64,000 nt of DNA from Klebsormidium nitens (GCA_000708835.1 DF237105.1:33783-97782), one strand, 5' to 3'; shown: positions 48,901 to 60,001, numbered from the stretch's first letter. Numbers and translations are program-made. Notes: generated by a model not told the origin, from the sequence alone.

Positions 48901-51900
48901 CTCTTCATGGCGCGCCCGGATGCGGTCCTCCAGACCATCCGAAACAGAGGCTTGTATCCAGCGGCGAGGCGCGCGACCATCCGGGTCTTCTCGCAAGCGA
49001 GCGGTTCGCTCGAGTGCATCGGCACCGCCGTGCAGGATGTGTTGGACCGTGTCGCCCGAGGCACGAAAGTTGTTGTGAGTTGTCTTTAATGTCTTTGGTG
49101 ACTAATCAGCCGCTCTTGCTGTAAACAACGGAAACGAGCTGGTTTATGATCTCGAAAGGGTATTATCTTCGTGCTGCTCCCAAGTTTGTTGCATGGTTTT
49201 GAGTAGACTCTCTGTTGCGTTCAAGCTGCTTGGAGTGTGGTCACGCTGAATGAGTATTTGTGGGGCTGTGGTCAGACTGATCTGCGGCTGCAATCAGCTC
49301 TGATATTCAGGATTGTGAGGCTACAATTAGCTCTGATATTCAGGAATGTGGTGGGCATGAGTTTGGAGGCTTGGTTTCGAGCTGCAAATCAAGCTGTTTG
49401 GAAGTGTAAACGCAATCAATTGGGTCCACGGGCAAGTTTTACCAGGCTGTTGTTGACTGGTCGTGGGCTTAACTTCTGACTTGCTTCCACAGGCTATGGT
49501 CAGGCCGGGACCATCCTAATGTTCCGAACGGACTGTTGGGGTCCGCTTATTTGGGGCTTGGTTTCCGGAGAGTCTTTGTTAGACAAATGAACATCCGCTT
49601 TTCACTCGTAGGAAAAAGCTAACAACTTGCTCGGCCATTCTGATGCAGTGCCCTTCGACCTCCAAGCGCTTTGTGAAACACCTCGAACATCATTTCAACC
49701 GCGAGTACCCGCCCGCCAAGTCCCACAAGCGCGGCATCTTTCTTCACGCCGACAAGAGGTCGAAGGCCGATGAGGACTTCTTCCAGAAGGCAATGGCCGA
49801 GCCCGACACCTTCTTGGAGGCGGACTGTGTGGCCTTCTCCCCAAAACTCGGCCCCGGCGTTTCAAAAGAGAAGCCGTACGCCGAGGAGACGGTCGCTTTC
49901 GCTCTTAACAGCCTCAATGGGTCTGACGTTGAGACGCTCCTCCAGCAGCACGCTCGCTTCCGGACGGTCACGAATTCCACCATCTACTACAAACAGGTGG
50001 TCTCGTCAGCAGTGGATCTGCCGCGCTCTACCGAGGCGGTCTTCCAGGCCATCGAGCGGGACGACAGGCAGATTGTCAGGATGCTCGGTGACGCCTCAGG
50101 CTTCCACTTCCTGAGGGGTTCGCGTGGCATCTGTGACCGATCCTCAGCGAGCTGCGTCTTATACGCAAACAACATCCTCGCAAAGGTGGAAAGCTATCTA
50201 GAGTTCGTGCCGAAGCTGAAGGCCGACCTAGAGAAGCAGGGCTACGAGGTGACGGTTGAGCACATCGAACCAAGGGTGGGATTGCCGAGCGCTCAGAGCT
50301 AGCATCAGATTTCTTGAGTTGCAAGCTCATCCGGTTCTGAAGGAGGGCGTTTCAGACATGTGGGTATGTGATCTGCTGTCATGTGAGATCTCATGCGGAC
50401 CTGGACTCTGACTTCGACCTGAAGTTCTACCAGACGTAGGCTGTTTTGGGGGGCGCGGTTAGGTTCGTTCCGCGTCTGCTCTAGGCACCAGGTTTCGGGC
50501 CGTGGTCAAGCTGACCTAAGGTCGCAGGCGGCTGTTTTGGGGGTGCGCTTAGGTCGATTTCGGGTCTGCTGTGGGCCTGGTTTTCGGGGCTGTTTTGGGG
50601 ACCGCGGTCAAGTATGTCTTGGGGAGCGTGGTTAGGCTGGTTTTGTGCCGCCATTGGGCTGGTTCCGGGTCTGCTCTGGCCTTGGTTTGGGGTTGGTTTC
50701 GGGGCTGGTTTGGGGCCGCAGTCAAGTTGGTCTTGGGGACGTGGTCATGCTAACCAATGTTGTGCTGTGGTCAACCTGGTTCCGGGTTTGCTCTGGGCCT
50801 GCTTGGGCCCTCGTTTGGGGGCCGTGCTCAAGCTGATTTGGAAGCAGAATCAGGCTTGTCTTGTGCCGTGGTTAGGCTTTGCAATCAGTCCGGTGTAGCT
50901 GGTGCGCTGTCTTTCAAAGTTGAGTTTCTTGAAGGTGCCGTCAGACATGCGGCTGACAACAGAGGCGTCGAAGTTGTGGCTCGGTTTGAGAGTCCGGCGA
51001 CTTGCAAACAATTTCTTTGAGGCTATACCACGTTTGCTTTCGCAGGAGAATCAAACTCTCACCCTTTTACTTTTGAATCTCCAGGGCAACCTCGAGCGTC
51101 CGCCTCCAGAGGTACCTCTCGGCTTCGACCCAGACCCGGAGCTTCTGGATGACGAAGACTGGCGAGCCAGGTACATCATCAACTCGGACCTGTACGGGCG
51201 TTTGTGCGAGAGGCCGGAGGAGCTGAGTCCGAGGGAGCAGCTCCAAGAGTACCTGTTCGAGATGGTGACGAGTGAGTACAAGGTCGACCCTAGGCGGGTT
51301 GACCACAGCTTCTACCGTCGCTTCTGCGCCCGACACGGACGATGCGAAAGAGACGAAAGAGGCTCACGCAAACTACCTCAGGTGAATTCTGCGACCCCGC
51401 GTTGCGGCTCGAGCAGAAGTTGGAGCTCTTATGCACCCTTCGCTGAGCTCTTTCTGCTGAATGTGAATGTTTGAGTTTGAAGAGTGTAGCACATATCCCA
51501 AGCCAACCAAGTCAGGTTCATCTCTGGTGCACTTCTAATGCTGTTTTTTGATGCACAACCAGGATTGTTCAAGGGGCTAGTCTCAGGGCTGCGATCCATC
51601 CGTTTGGTGTGCAATCAGTTTGACTACAGCCGGAAGTCAAGGTGCTTTGGAGCCTGATGCGGGTTTCGTTGTGGGTGTGTCGGAGGGCCTGCTTTTGCGT
51701 TGTTTCAGGGGCATACACGAAGTCTTTCTGTGCCCTCACTGCAATGAATGAACCCTTCCATTTGCTGCCTTCTGACGATGGTTGTGCTATACAGATTTCG
51801 TGAGCACCGCTTCGCCACCCTCGCCGGCGATCTGGACAGAGCGCTGGGCCAAGTCAATGAGTCGGGCGTGGTCCAGGAGTACGTCAAGGTCGTCCGCGAC

Positions 51901-52335
51901 CCCCTCAACCGCGTGCCGTTTGCGGTCCGCATCCTTGCCTTCCTAGTCGGCTGCGAAGAGGAGCAGCTGGACCATGGAGCGGAGCTGTGGGAGGTCTCGG
52001 AGGAGCGCGTGCAGGCCGCCTATGCGAGGTTCATCGGATTCAGCAAAGAGCAGCTGCAGACCATCTTCAACCTGTACGGCTTTGTGCAGCAGATCTCCAG
52101 GCGCTCGAAAACGGCCGAAACAGGGAAGAATGAGAGAAAGGCTCAGAAGCGCAATGCAGTGGGGAAAGTTCTCAGAGCGGGCCTCGGAGTTGAGCTCCAG
52201 CTGGCAAAAAAGAGCAACAACAAATTCATCTCTCCCCACCTCTTGACGCCTGCAATCTATAGGGGCTTGCATGAGCGATACGGTTCATACGATCCGGGAG
52301 TAGGGGCTGCAGAGGAGTGCATAATTAGGTTGTAA
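42966..52335 (+). CDS. Multi-exon ORF2: Pro/Ser-rich region, AEP (PrimPol/NCLDV-herpes type) primase, Zn finger, UL9-like SF2 origin-binding helicase
   Basis: Exons 42966-43148, 43528-43655, 43834-43903, 44183-44265, 44920-45103, 45850-47614, 48354-49074, 49649-50275, 51085-51381, 51795-52335, all phase-compatible. AEP motifs YEVI..VYFDLD, KFSVH, WDGSVY..FRL..SSK; Zn C..GRRH..CFANSC; helicase AKKGVGKS, CINSIHR, MDEMD, GMDA, FSPKLGPGVS. One frameshift near 51330 and an N gap. The first four exons are less certain than the last six. Confidence 0.8.
43210..43460 (+). repeat. Array A3: 3 diverged units gacaatctgcac-N(32-35)-gtgc..attg in intron 43149-43527
   Basis: Same inverted-arm architecture, and ttgaag..tgtatag spacer words as in A1, A2 and B. 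Confidence 0.65.
45245..45770 (+). repeat. G/T-rich intronic repeat, colinear with 50440-50990
   Basis: ggctgttttggggg..gcg.ttaggtcg.tttc.ggtctgctg at 45338 and 50530; ctcaagctgatttgga at 45628 and 50827. Confidence 0.8.
46246..46265. other. Assembly gap (20 N)
   Basis: N run inside the Pro-rich part of exon 45850-47614. Confidence 1.
47819..47950 (+). repeat. Intronic repeat homologous to 51578-51712
   Basis: agtctcagggc..gtttggtgtgca..gaagtcaag.tgcttt.gagcctgatg.gggttt..gggtgtgtc..gggcctgctttt shared. Confidence 0.8.
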
Positions 52336-52516
52336 AGGTGGTGATTTATTGAAGAGAAGCTGCATAGATCTAGAGAATTTCATTATGTATTGTAGGAGTG
52401 TACATATAACTCATTGTCAGTCTTTTTTCATCCAACCGCGTCGCTTGCCGCGTCCGCAAATGGTTTTGCCTCTTTAAAGCACGCCCTCTTTGTGGCTTGT
52501 TGTAGTCGCTTGCACG

Positions 52517-53492
52517 AGTCAAAATGCACGGGCTTTCAAGCTTTAATGTATAGTCAATGGGTGCAAATTGACTGCCGACCATGCCCCGAGTCGTTCAGGC
52601 ATGTTGTAGTGGATAGCTCACGTGAGTCAATATGCACGCTTTTGGAGGTTTGGTGTATAGTCGATTGGTGCAAATTGACTGCCGACCATGCCCGGGATCT
52701 TTTCTGGCACGTTGTAGTTAACAGCAGAAACGAGTAAAAATGCATGGGCTTTGAAGCTCTGATGTATAGTCAATGGGTGCAAATTGACTACCGACCATGC
52801 CCGGGACCTTTCTGGGCACGTTGTAGTTAACAGCAGAAACGAGTAAAAATGCATGGGCTTTGAAGCTCTGATGTATAGTCAATTGGTGCAAATAGACTGC
52901 CGACCATGCCCGGGATTTTTGACGCGTTGTACTTGATAGCACGCGAGACGAGCTAAAATGCACGTGCTTTGAAGCTCTAATGTATAGTCTATTGGTGCAA
53001 ATTGACTGCCGACCATGCCCGAGATTTTCTGGCACGTTGTAGATAATAGCAAAGACGAGTAAACGTGCATGGGCTTTGAAGCTTTAATGTATAGTCAATG
53101 GGTGCAAATTGACTGTCAACCATGCCCGAGACTTTCTGGCATGTTCAATGTAGTGGATAGCTCACGCGAGTCAAAATGCACGCTTTTGGAGGTCTGATGT
53201 ATAGCCGATTGGTGCAAATTGACTGCCGACCATGCCCGAGACTTGTTGGCACGTTGGTGTTGATAGCAGAGACAAGTCAAAATGCACGGGCTTCGAAGCT
53301 TAAATGTATTGTCAATGGATGCAAATTGACTGCTGCTAGTGACCATGCCAGAGACTTTCCGACTGGGCACGTTGTGATTGATAGCAGTGATGAGTCAAAA
53401 TGCACGGGCTTTGAAACTTTGATGTATAGTCAATGGGTGCAGATTGACTGCCGACCATGCCCATGCCCGAGACTTTCTGGCACGTTGTGATT
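52517..53492 (+). repeat. Array B: 9 tandem units (about 108-118 bp) agtcaaaatgcac-N30/31-gtgcaaattgact
   Basis: Units near 52517, 52625, 52732, 52842, 52952, 53057, 53170, 53275, 53393; linker gccgaccatgcccgagac..ggcacgttgt..gatagca. Confidence 0.95.
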
Positions 53493-53570
53493 GATAGCAA
53501 AAAATTTGGCATTTCGTCTGAGCAATCAGCAAATTTTTGCTCGTGCATAATAAGTTGGTTGTGTTTGCGA

Positions 53571-54086
53571 ATGGACTCGATCATCCGTTATCCACCGAAG
53601 GATCAAGCTGCCATCACAGACATGGACGAACGGGTCTATAAGTCAGTGAGGTCTGCCATCACGCGTTGCTATCTTGAGTTTGGTCGTATGCACACTTACC
53701 TTGATATTGGCTCTTTGGCCGGCTTGCGAGCCTTGACTCACCCCTATAACCTCTCCCACATCACCCGGAAAGTGGTGAGATCCTTGATTGCAGAAGGATT
53801 CCATTGCTTTTGGGACAAGTCTTGCGTACACAGCAGCTCAATGTACACAATCTACGTTGATTGGAGACGTGCATTGAAGTACGCCCAGAATGAGGAAAAA
53901 GAGGCCGGCCACCGGCCTCGAAACGTACGCGTAGATAACTCCGAGCGGAGAGGAGCCTTTCAAGCCTTCTTGAGAACGTGGCGGCAGGAGGAAGCACTGA
54001 TGACTGGGAGACAGAGAATGTCGAAGTGCCTTTCTTGGAAATGCTCGCGAATCCATCGAAGCGGCCGTCTTCACCGGAATAACTAG
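53571..54086 (+). CDS. Intronless virus-like hypothetical protein
   Basis: ATG at 53571; SLIAEGFHCF..YTIYVDW recalls small NCLDV hypotheticals (weak). Confidence 0.5.
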   Translation: MDSIIRYPPKDQAAITDMDERVYKSVRSAITRCYLEFGRMHTYLDIGSLAGLRALTHPYNLSHITRKVVRSLIAEGFHCFWDKSCVHSSSMYTIYVDWRRALKYAQNEEKEAGHRPRNVRVDNSERRGAFQAFLRTWRQEEALMTGRQRMSKCLSWKCSRIHRSGRLHRNN

Positions 54087-54375
54087 AGAATGTGCACTTT
54101 CTAGAAAAATGCATGGCCGTGATAGGCTTGATTTAAAAAAGATGTACAGCCATATTCACGTTTTCTGAGTGGGTCACATTTGCTAGCAAATATGAGGTTC
54201 GATAACTTTTCGAACACGGCTGCTACAACCTTTTTTCGACTGGAAAACATGCAAAAGCATTCAGGCAACTCAGAAAGTACAGAAAATCCCGAACAGCCAT
54301 ATTCACTTATCTGGAGGCCTGACCTCGTTTGTCGGTCCAGGTTTTTTTTCCAAGATTATGTGAGATAAACAGGCC

Positions 54376-55245
54376 ATGGATCCAAAAGGTGACGAACGCT
54401 CAGTAACCGTTCCAAGGACGCTCGAGCAGGCCACGGGCCTGACCCCGCTTCTCATCGACGCCAAAAAGGAATTTCCAAAAGACATTGAGCTATACCAAGC
54501 ACTCCACAAAAGGTACCAAGAAGTCCGGACGTTAATGGATAAGGCACGTCCGCCACCGCAGGTGATGACCGAATCCGAGTTCCGAAACTGGACGACACTC
54601 TCGCAGATCAATGAGCGTCGCGTGGAGCTCCAGAGGAAGGTGAACCGCAACATTTTAACCAAACCATCCGGACAGTTAACAACCGGAGACAAAGTGATCC
54701 TAATCCGCTATTTGGTGCTATGTTTATACAGTCAGAGCGCCACTCTCCGGAATGATTACTCCAACCTGCCAATCATACGTTTTGAGGAAATGCACGCGCC
54801 TTCGGCAAAAGCCCTGATGAGTGGGGGCGGCAACTATCTTCAGGAGTACTCGAAGGGCCAATACAGAGTCGTTTTGAAAGAATACAAGACTTCAAAAGCC
54901 TATGGAGAGCAAAAGATCGACCTTCCACAGCGCACATGCAATGTCATTGCGGAGAGCCTATAGATCTTTCCCAGAAAGTACCTCCTGAGCCGGATGCGCA
55001 CACCGGATGAACCAATGAGCCGCAATTACCTCACCAAATTTTGCGCAAGCATCTTTGACGATGCTAGAGTGGGCACATGTCTGCTTCGGAAGATCTGCGT
55101 CTCAAATGCAATGAAGGATGCACCGAGCATTGCCGACCGGGAGGAGCTCGCTAAGAAAATGCTCCACTCGAGCACCATCCAGACGCGCGTTTACGAATTA
55201 AAGTACAACCCGGATGGATCGCGGATTAATTTTGATGATGCTTAA
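54376..55245 (+). pseudogene. Tyrosine recombinase (PLV/virophage-type integrase) with one in-frame TAG
   Basis: LRNDY (R), YKTSKAYG (K), LLRKI (R), MLHS (H), RVYEL (Y). ORFs 54376..54963 and 54994..55245 share a frame across TAG 54961-54963. Confidence 0.85.
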
Positions 55246-55321
55246 GCGTCAACGTACTTTTTGCAAGTTGAGGTTTGAGCAAAGTTGCGTGCACGACATG
55301 ATCTTGGACCATCTCGTTCAT

Positions 55322-55672
55322 CTATGACACTTCGATGCCTGTGAATGCATCCATTAAAATGGTGGGTGCTTCGGACTCACTCTCTGCGTCCGAAGGGCTT
55401 ATGATGTGAGGTATATTGAAGTCGGCGTCAATCAAACGTTGAGCTGTGGTCTTGTGAAGCCTTTTTGTTCGTCCACTCACGTATCGTTGATACGCCTTCC
55501 GCAATAAGATTGCATCCTGATGTCTGTAGTAATATGCTTTCATATTTGCATTGTGTTTTTCCGGATGGATCTTTGCATATTCCCGGTGCTTTTGACAAGC
55601 TTGGCATGGGCATGGAACAACCCGAAGTATGTTAGAGACGTTTGCAATGCGCTCATTCATGGGATGGACCAT
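55322..55672 (-). CDS. Small basic virus-like protein (CPCQAC..K.YYYRH..L.RKAYQRY)
   Basis: 116-aa intronless ORF between the integrase and the primase. Confidence 0.5.
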   Translation of the reverse strand: MVHPMNERIANVSNILRVVPCPCQACQKHREYAKIHPEKHNANMKAYYYRHQDAILLRKAYQRYVSGRTKRLHKTTAQRLIDADFNIPHIISPSDAESESEAPTILMDAFTGIEVS

Positions 55673-55789
55673 GCTGGACTCAGTCCTACACTGTACATAA
55701 GATTATTTTTTTACTCTGACCGCGGCTCGGCCCGAAAGTTGTGTGCGTTCATTTGACGAGGATTTTTTTCTTTGCGTTGAACAAGGACA

Positions 55790-58489
55790 TTGGGCATGGA
55801 ACAACCCAGCGTCCAGGACACTCAAGCAACTAGAAAAATCGAGGTCCTAGGGCCTAGCAGGATTGGGGAAGAGATGCAACGGCTCTGTAACAATGGTCTG
55901 TACGCTCTGCCCGTGTGTGTCTCATGGGACTCTGTTAGGGGTTCCAAACGGGCTGATTTCCCCCACAAATATGATCACATCAAGGATTTTGAGGCATGGG
56001 AGCGGTCCATCAATTCTGCATTGAAGGAGAAAAGATACGCAAACGGTCTCGCAATAGTCGCCTCAGTCAGTCAAGTATATGTCATCGACATCGATGTGGC
56101 TGCAAAGGGAGAAAAACGACCAGGATTTGAGCTATGGCAACAGCTTGTTGAGCTCCATGGGGAGCCGGATACACTAACAGCAAAAACTGGCTCTGGTGGT
56201 TTGCACCTTTACTTCAAGCTTGATTCTCCTGGTCTCAAGTGGAAGCGGAACTTCTCAGGGGTGAACGTCGACAACAAAACTTTTGCTATTGACGGCAGGG
56301 GGATCGGGGGTGTGGTTTTTGCTCATCCAACAAGCTATGTGAACGGCCGCGAGGAGCTTGCGACATACAAGTGGCTTAATGGGCCTCCCACTTATGAGGC
56401 GTGCAAAGAGATGCCACTATGGGTCACGAAGATGGTCAACAATCATGCCGGTCTGCGTGTTACCATAAGCAAAGGTGGAAAAGAGGAATCTCCAATGGAG
56501 CTTAGGGGCGTCGAACGTCCACCGATTGCAACCCAACCAGTCGGTGATCATCAGATGTCAAACGCAGTTCGTGAGGTACAAAAAATGCTCCAAACGAGAA
56601 CAAAAGAAGACGGGAATGCGCGTTTTGGAGGCACAACGGTGCTTCCCTGAGAGGGCAACCGCGCATTTCAATTCCGCGTGAACGGTCCACGGACTTGCTA
56701 CCTTGGAAAGAGTCACAATGGATTGAACAACTTCACAGTCATCCAAGGCTGTGCTGGAGACTTCCGCAGTGTATATTACAATTGTTTTGGCACTGCCTGT
56801 CAGCACAACAACATCAAAGTTCTGGGCCAGTTGAGCATCTCGGCCGCTCTTGAGCAAGCGTCGGTGGACGAGTTCGGGATTCGAGACCAAAGGGTTACCC
56901 ATGAAAGCAATCTTGAAGCGCGGTTGCCCACGACATTCATGAGGAGCATGGTGTGTCGGAGCGACTACGGAGCCGCTTCAATGTTCACCAGGTTGTTCCT
57001 GCACGACAGGCGAATTGTGTACGATGCGGGAAACTTCTGGTTTTGGGACGGAAGAACATGAATTGCATGCGACGTGGAAGCGTCATTGATCAAGACCGCG
57101 TTCATGCACCATATGGGGGATGTAAAAGCTTTTTGGTTGAAGCGGAACGCGGACGAGAGCCGTGAAAAGATCCTCGATGGAAAACGTGCACGGGACGCTA
57201 GCTTGGTGGAACTCCGCAACGCCAAAAAAGACAGTCACTCGAATAGGACAGCCGAGGCAGCAATCATGAGGACCTTCAGAGCATTTGAGAAGGACGCCAA
57301 TGATCTTGCTAAATGGCCAGGACCCGACGTTGAATCCGTTCCAATCGCCACCCGCTGTTTGACACCGTTAAAGGCAATGTTGAAGCTTGATGGCTTTGCC
57401 AAGGAGCTTAATGCAAATCGAGACTACTTAAACACGAGCTCAGGCGCAATCCATTTGCCAACGGGCAAACTCATACCACATCACCCAAGCAATATGCTCT
57501 CGAGAGAAACCGACACCGATTATGTCGAACCTCATTATCCGTCACCGTTGATTGATGACTTCATGCTACAGATCCAAACACCGGACATCATTGAGGTCTT
57601 GCAAATGACTCTAGGCTACGGCATCACTGGACATTCAAGAGAGCAGCAGTTCGTCATTTTCTACGGACCTTCAAATTCAGGGAAGACCAAGCTTCTCGCT
57701 CTCGTAAAGGCGGCAATCCGGCTGTATTTCTGCACGATGGACCGCGATTGCGTCATCGGGGTTGGCGCAAGGTCAGAAGGCGCCGCTACTCCACATCTCG
57801 TGAAGCTCGAGGGGGCGCACATTGCAGGTCTGGAAGAGACGAAAGCAGAGGACATCTACAACGTTGCGAATGTCAAATCCATTGCATCAGGTGACGGGGG
57901 AATGAGTGTACGGGGGTTGTGCAAGGATCCCGTCGACATCACATACCGCTGTCTGCCAATCATCTGCACAAATTCCCTACCAAAGTTTGACGTTAAGGAC
58001 AGTGGTACGCTGAAGAAGCTTCGTGTGTTTCCCTTTGAACGGGAATTTGTTGAAGAACCCACGCCCGATTCCAACGAACGCTTGATTGATTATCAGCTCA
58101 ACGAAAAGATCGAAAGTCCGGAGTGGAGGAAACAAATGCTTGCTTGGCTTGTGCGAGGAAGCATTGCGTGGTATGCTAGAGGCAGTCTGCCGCAAGTTGG
58201 AGAACTACCACGCAAAATGCAAGAAGCCCTCAAAGGCTATGTAGAAGCAAATGATCATCTCGAGAATTTCATTGCCGATCATTGTGTGAAAGGAGAGAAG
58301 TGGGCAACGCATGTGGACGTGCTGAAGCAAGCATTCGAGAATTATGTTGGAAGGCGAGACCGGCCTATGACGGTAACCGAATTCAAAGGAATGATGCAAG
58401 GTGTGAAAGGTGTCACATATGCAAAGCAAGTCAAGATACTTGGGCGCAATACGACGGGGTACAAAGGGATCAGCTTACGCCGGCAATGA
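55790..58489 (+). pseudogene. Bifunctional Prim-Pol primase + Zn module + D5-like SF3 helicase with two in-frame TGA
   Basis: VIDIDV..TAKTGSGGLHLYFK; RTCYLGKSH..YYNCFGTAC; FWFWDG; GPSNSGKT (Walker A), IAGLEET (Walker B), IICTN. Three ORFs in one frame with stops at 56648 and 57059. Confidence 0.92.
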
Positions 58490-58521
58490 GCATTGTTCTA
58501 CAACACAAGCAAGTGGGGAGG

Positions 58522-58625
58522 GGGTAGGCGAGGTAGGTCAAAGGTAGGTCAAAGGTAGGTGTTCAAAATAACCCATTTTAGGGTTGTATCATGGTTACTA
58601 ATAAACTTATGGTAGGTAGGTAGGT
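58522..58625 (+). repeat. GGTAGGT-rich tract including a tandem aggtaggtcaa repeat
   Basis: ggtaggcgaggtaggtcaaaggtaggtcaaaggtaggtg..ggtaggtaggtaggtg. Confidence 0.8.
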
Positions 58626-58707
58626 GTAATAATATACATCATAGCATTGATGTTTTGCACCTCTACTAAGCGCGCAAATTGTCTCAAAGGCCAATGGAAT
58701 AGGGCGT

Positions 58708-59854
58708 CTACCTACCCGGGTGGAGAGGTTGGAGCCAAGCCCCCAGCAATGGAAGGGGATGAGCGCTCATGAGCGCTCGCTTTTGAGAGAGAGGTTGGGG
58801 CGAGATGAGAACGGAGAAGAGCTGCACCCATTGCCAACGGGCCATGCCTTTCGGGCCGAGCAGGACGTGCTGGCGTGCTACCCGTTTCCCGGCTGGGAGC
58901 AGAAACGAGGGTTGCCCTGGTATAGCAGCTTCGAGCATCCGGACGGCCGCAGTAAGAGCTCCGAAGAGAACAAGTGCGCAACGGGGAAGTCGATGACGGA
59001 GTGGGATGCCGAGCACGTTCCCGGATTGGTGAAGGGGGCCGGAAAGCTCTCGGGGAAGAAGGGAAGCGCAAGTAAGCGGCCAAAGAGGAGCAGGGGGGGC
59101 TTTGTGTTTGCGTGCCCCCACAGGTGCATTTATGGGTTCCACGTGATGCTGCGCGGAGAGAGCCCAAGGGACGCGTTTGCCGTGCTCTACACTCGGCTGA
59201 GGCGCGAAGATCTGCCAGATGTTTTGATCCACGACAACAGCTGCGCCTTGCGTAACTACTGCTTGAGTCCGCAGAGAACCGGCGCATTTTGCCAATGTTC
59301 GCTTCGTCGTCGACAGGTGCATGCTTTCACATATTCGCATGGGTGGACAATATGTGTTAAGACTTGCTTGTAGTGGTTTTTGTTGCAGAGCATTGAGTTG
59401 AGATTGTGGTGTACATACGTCATTTGCCGTTGCGTGTACATTGGGATTCATTCCGCAATTGAACAGAGGCTCCCAAAGCTGTGATTGTTGATTTGAAACG
59501 TGTACATTAATTCTTTTTCCAGGAATGAGAACTGATGTACATCTTCTTGTTCACAGGTTTCACTTCTCAAAGGCCGGCCAGGAGGTCCACAAGTGCGGTC
59601 CCTCAAACTGCCCGGACACCTATCCTTCGCTTCACTGGGTAAACACTAGTGCGGTGGAGTCGGTGAACTCCTTCTTGAAGGGGTTTCGAAGCCTGGGGTG
59701 GTATTCGGGGCTTGAGAGCTTCATGGTGATCCTGCCTTTGCTCCTCGGCGACTACAACCAGACGCTCAAGAGGGTCGACGATTTCAAGCTTGCGATTGCA
59801 ATAGCAGCAGCCGTGTGGACGGTTGGAGTGCGCACTCGACTGTTGCGAGGATAG
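58708..59854 (+). pseudogene. KDZ transposase C-terminal half (inverted relative to the rest of the gene)
   Basis: GGFVFACPHRCIYGFHVMLRGESPRDAF, IHDNSCAL; frameshift near 59268 to REPAHFANVRFVVDR; intron 59317-59556; FHF..HKC..NTSAVESVNS. Confidence 0.85.
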
Positions 59855-60001
59855 GGTAGGTGGCTTGCAAGTGTCCAACACAAACGCGGCACAATCATCT
59901 TTGGCCTTCTTTTGAAGCAACACGTAGGTAGGTGGGGTAGAAGTGTGGTAGACAATCAGCAATGGGGAGGAGAGGAGTGTTCATCGTCAAAAACGTTGCT
60001 G

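Larger units (their letters stand above)
53571..58489. mobile_element. Endogenous virus-like cassette (Polinton-like virus/virophage-type integrase + primase-helicase), no capsid genes seen
   Basis: Four compact intronless ORFs with visibly lower GC than flanking exons; boundaries not defined. Confidence 0.75.

Noticed and set aside
52517-53492. CRISPR-like or integron attC cassette array
   Set aside because: The sequences between conserved arms are homologous to each other rather than unique spacers, are too short for gene cassettes, and no cas genes are present
41545-53492. LTR pair formed by arrays A2 and B
   Set aside because: No TG..CA ends, PBS, PPT or RT; A2 lies inside an intron whose flanking exons splice in phase
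55790-58489. Alternative genetic code (TGA=Trp) or programmed readthrough
   Set aside because: Other Trp codons in the gene are TGG, the gene itself ends in TGA, and the neighbouring integrase is broken by TAG
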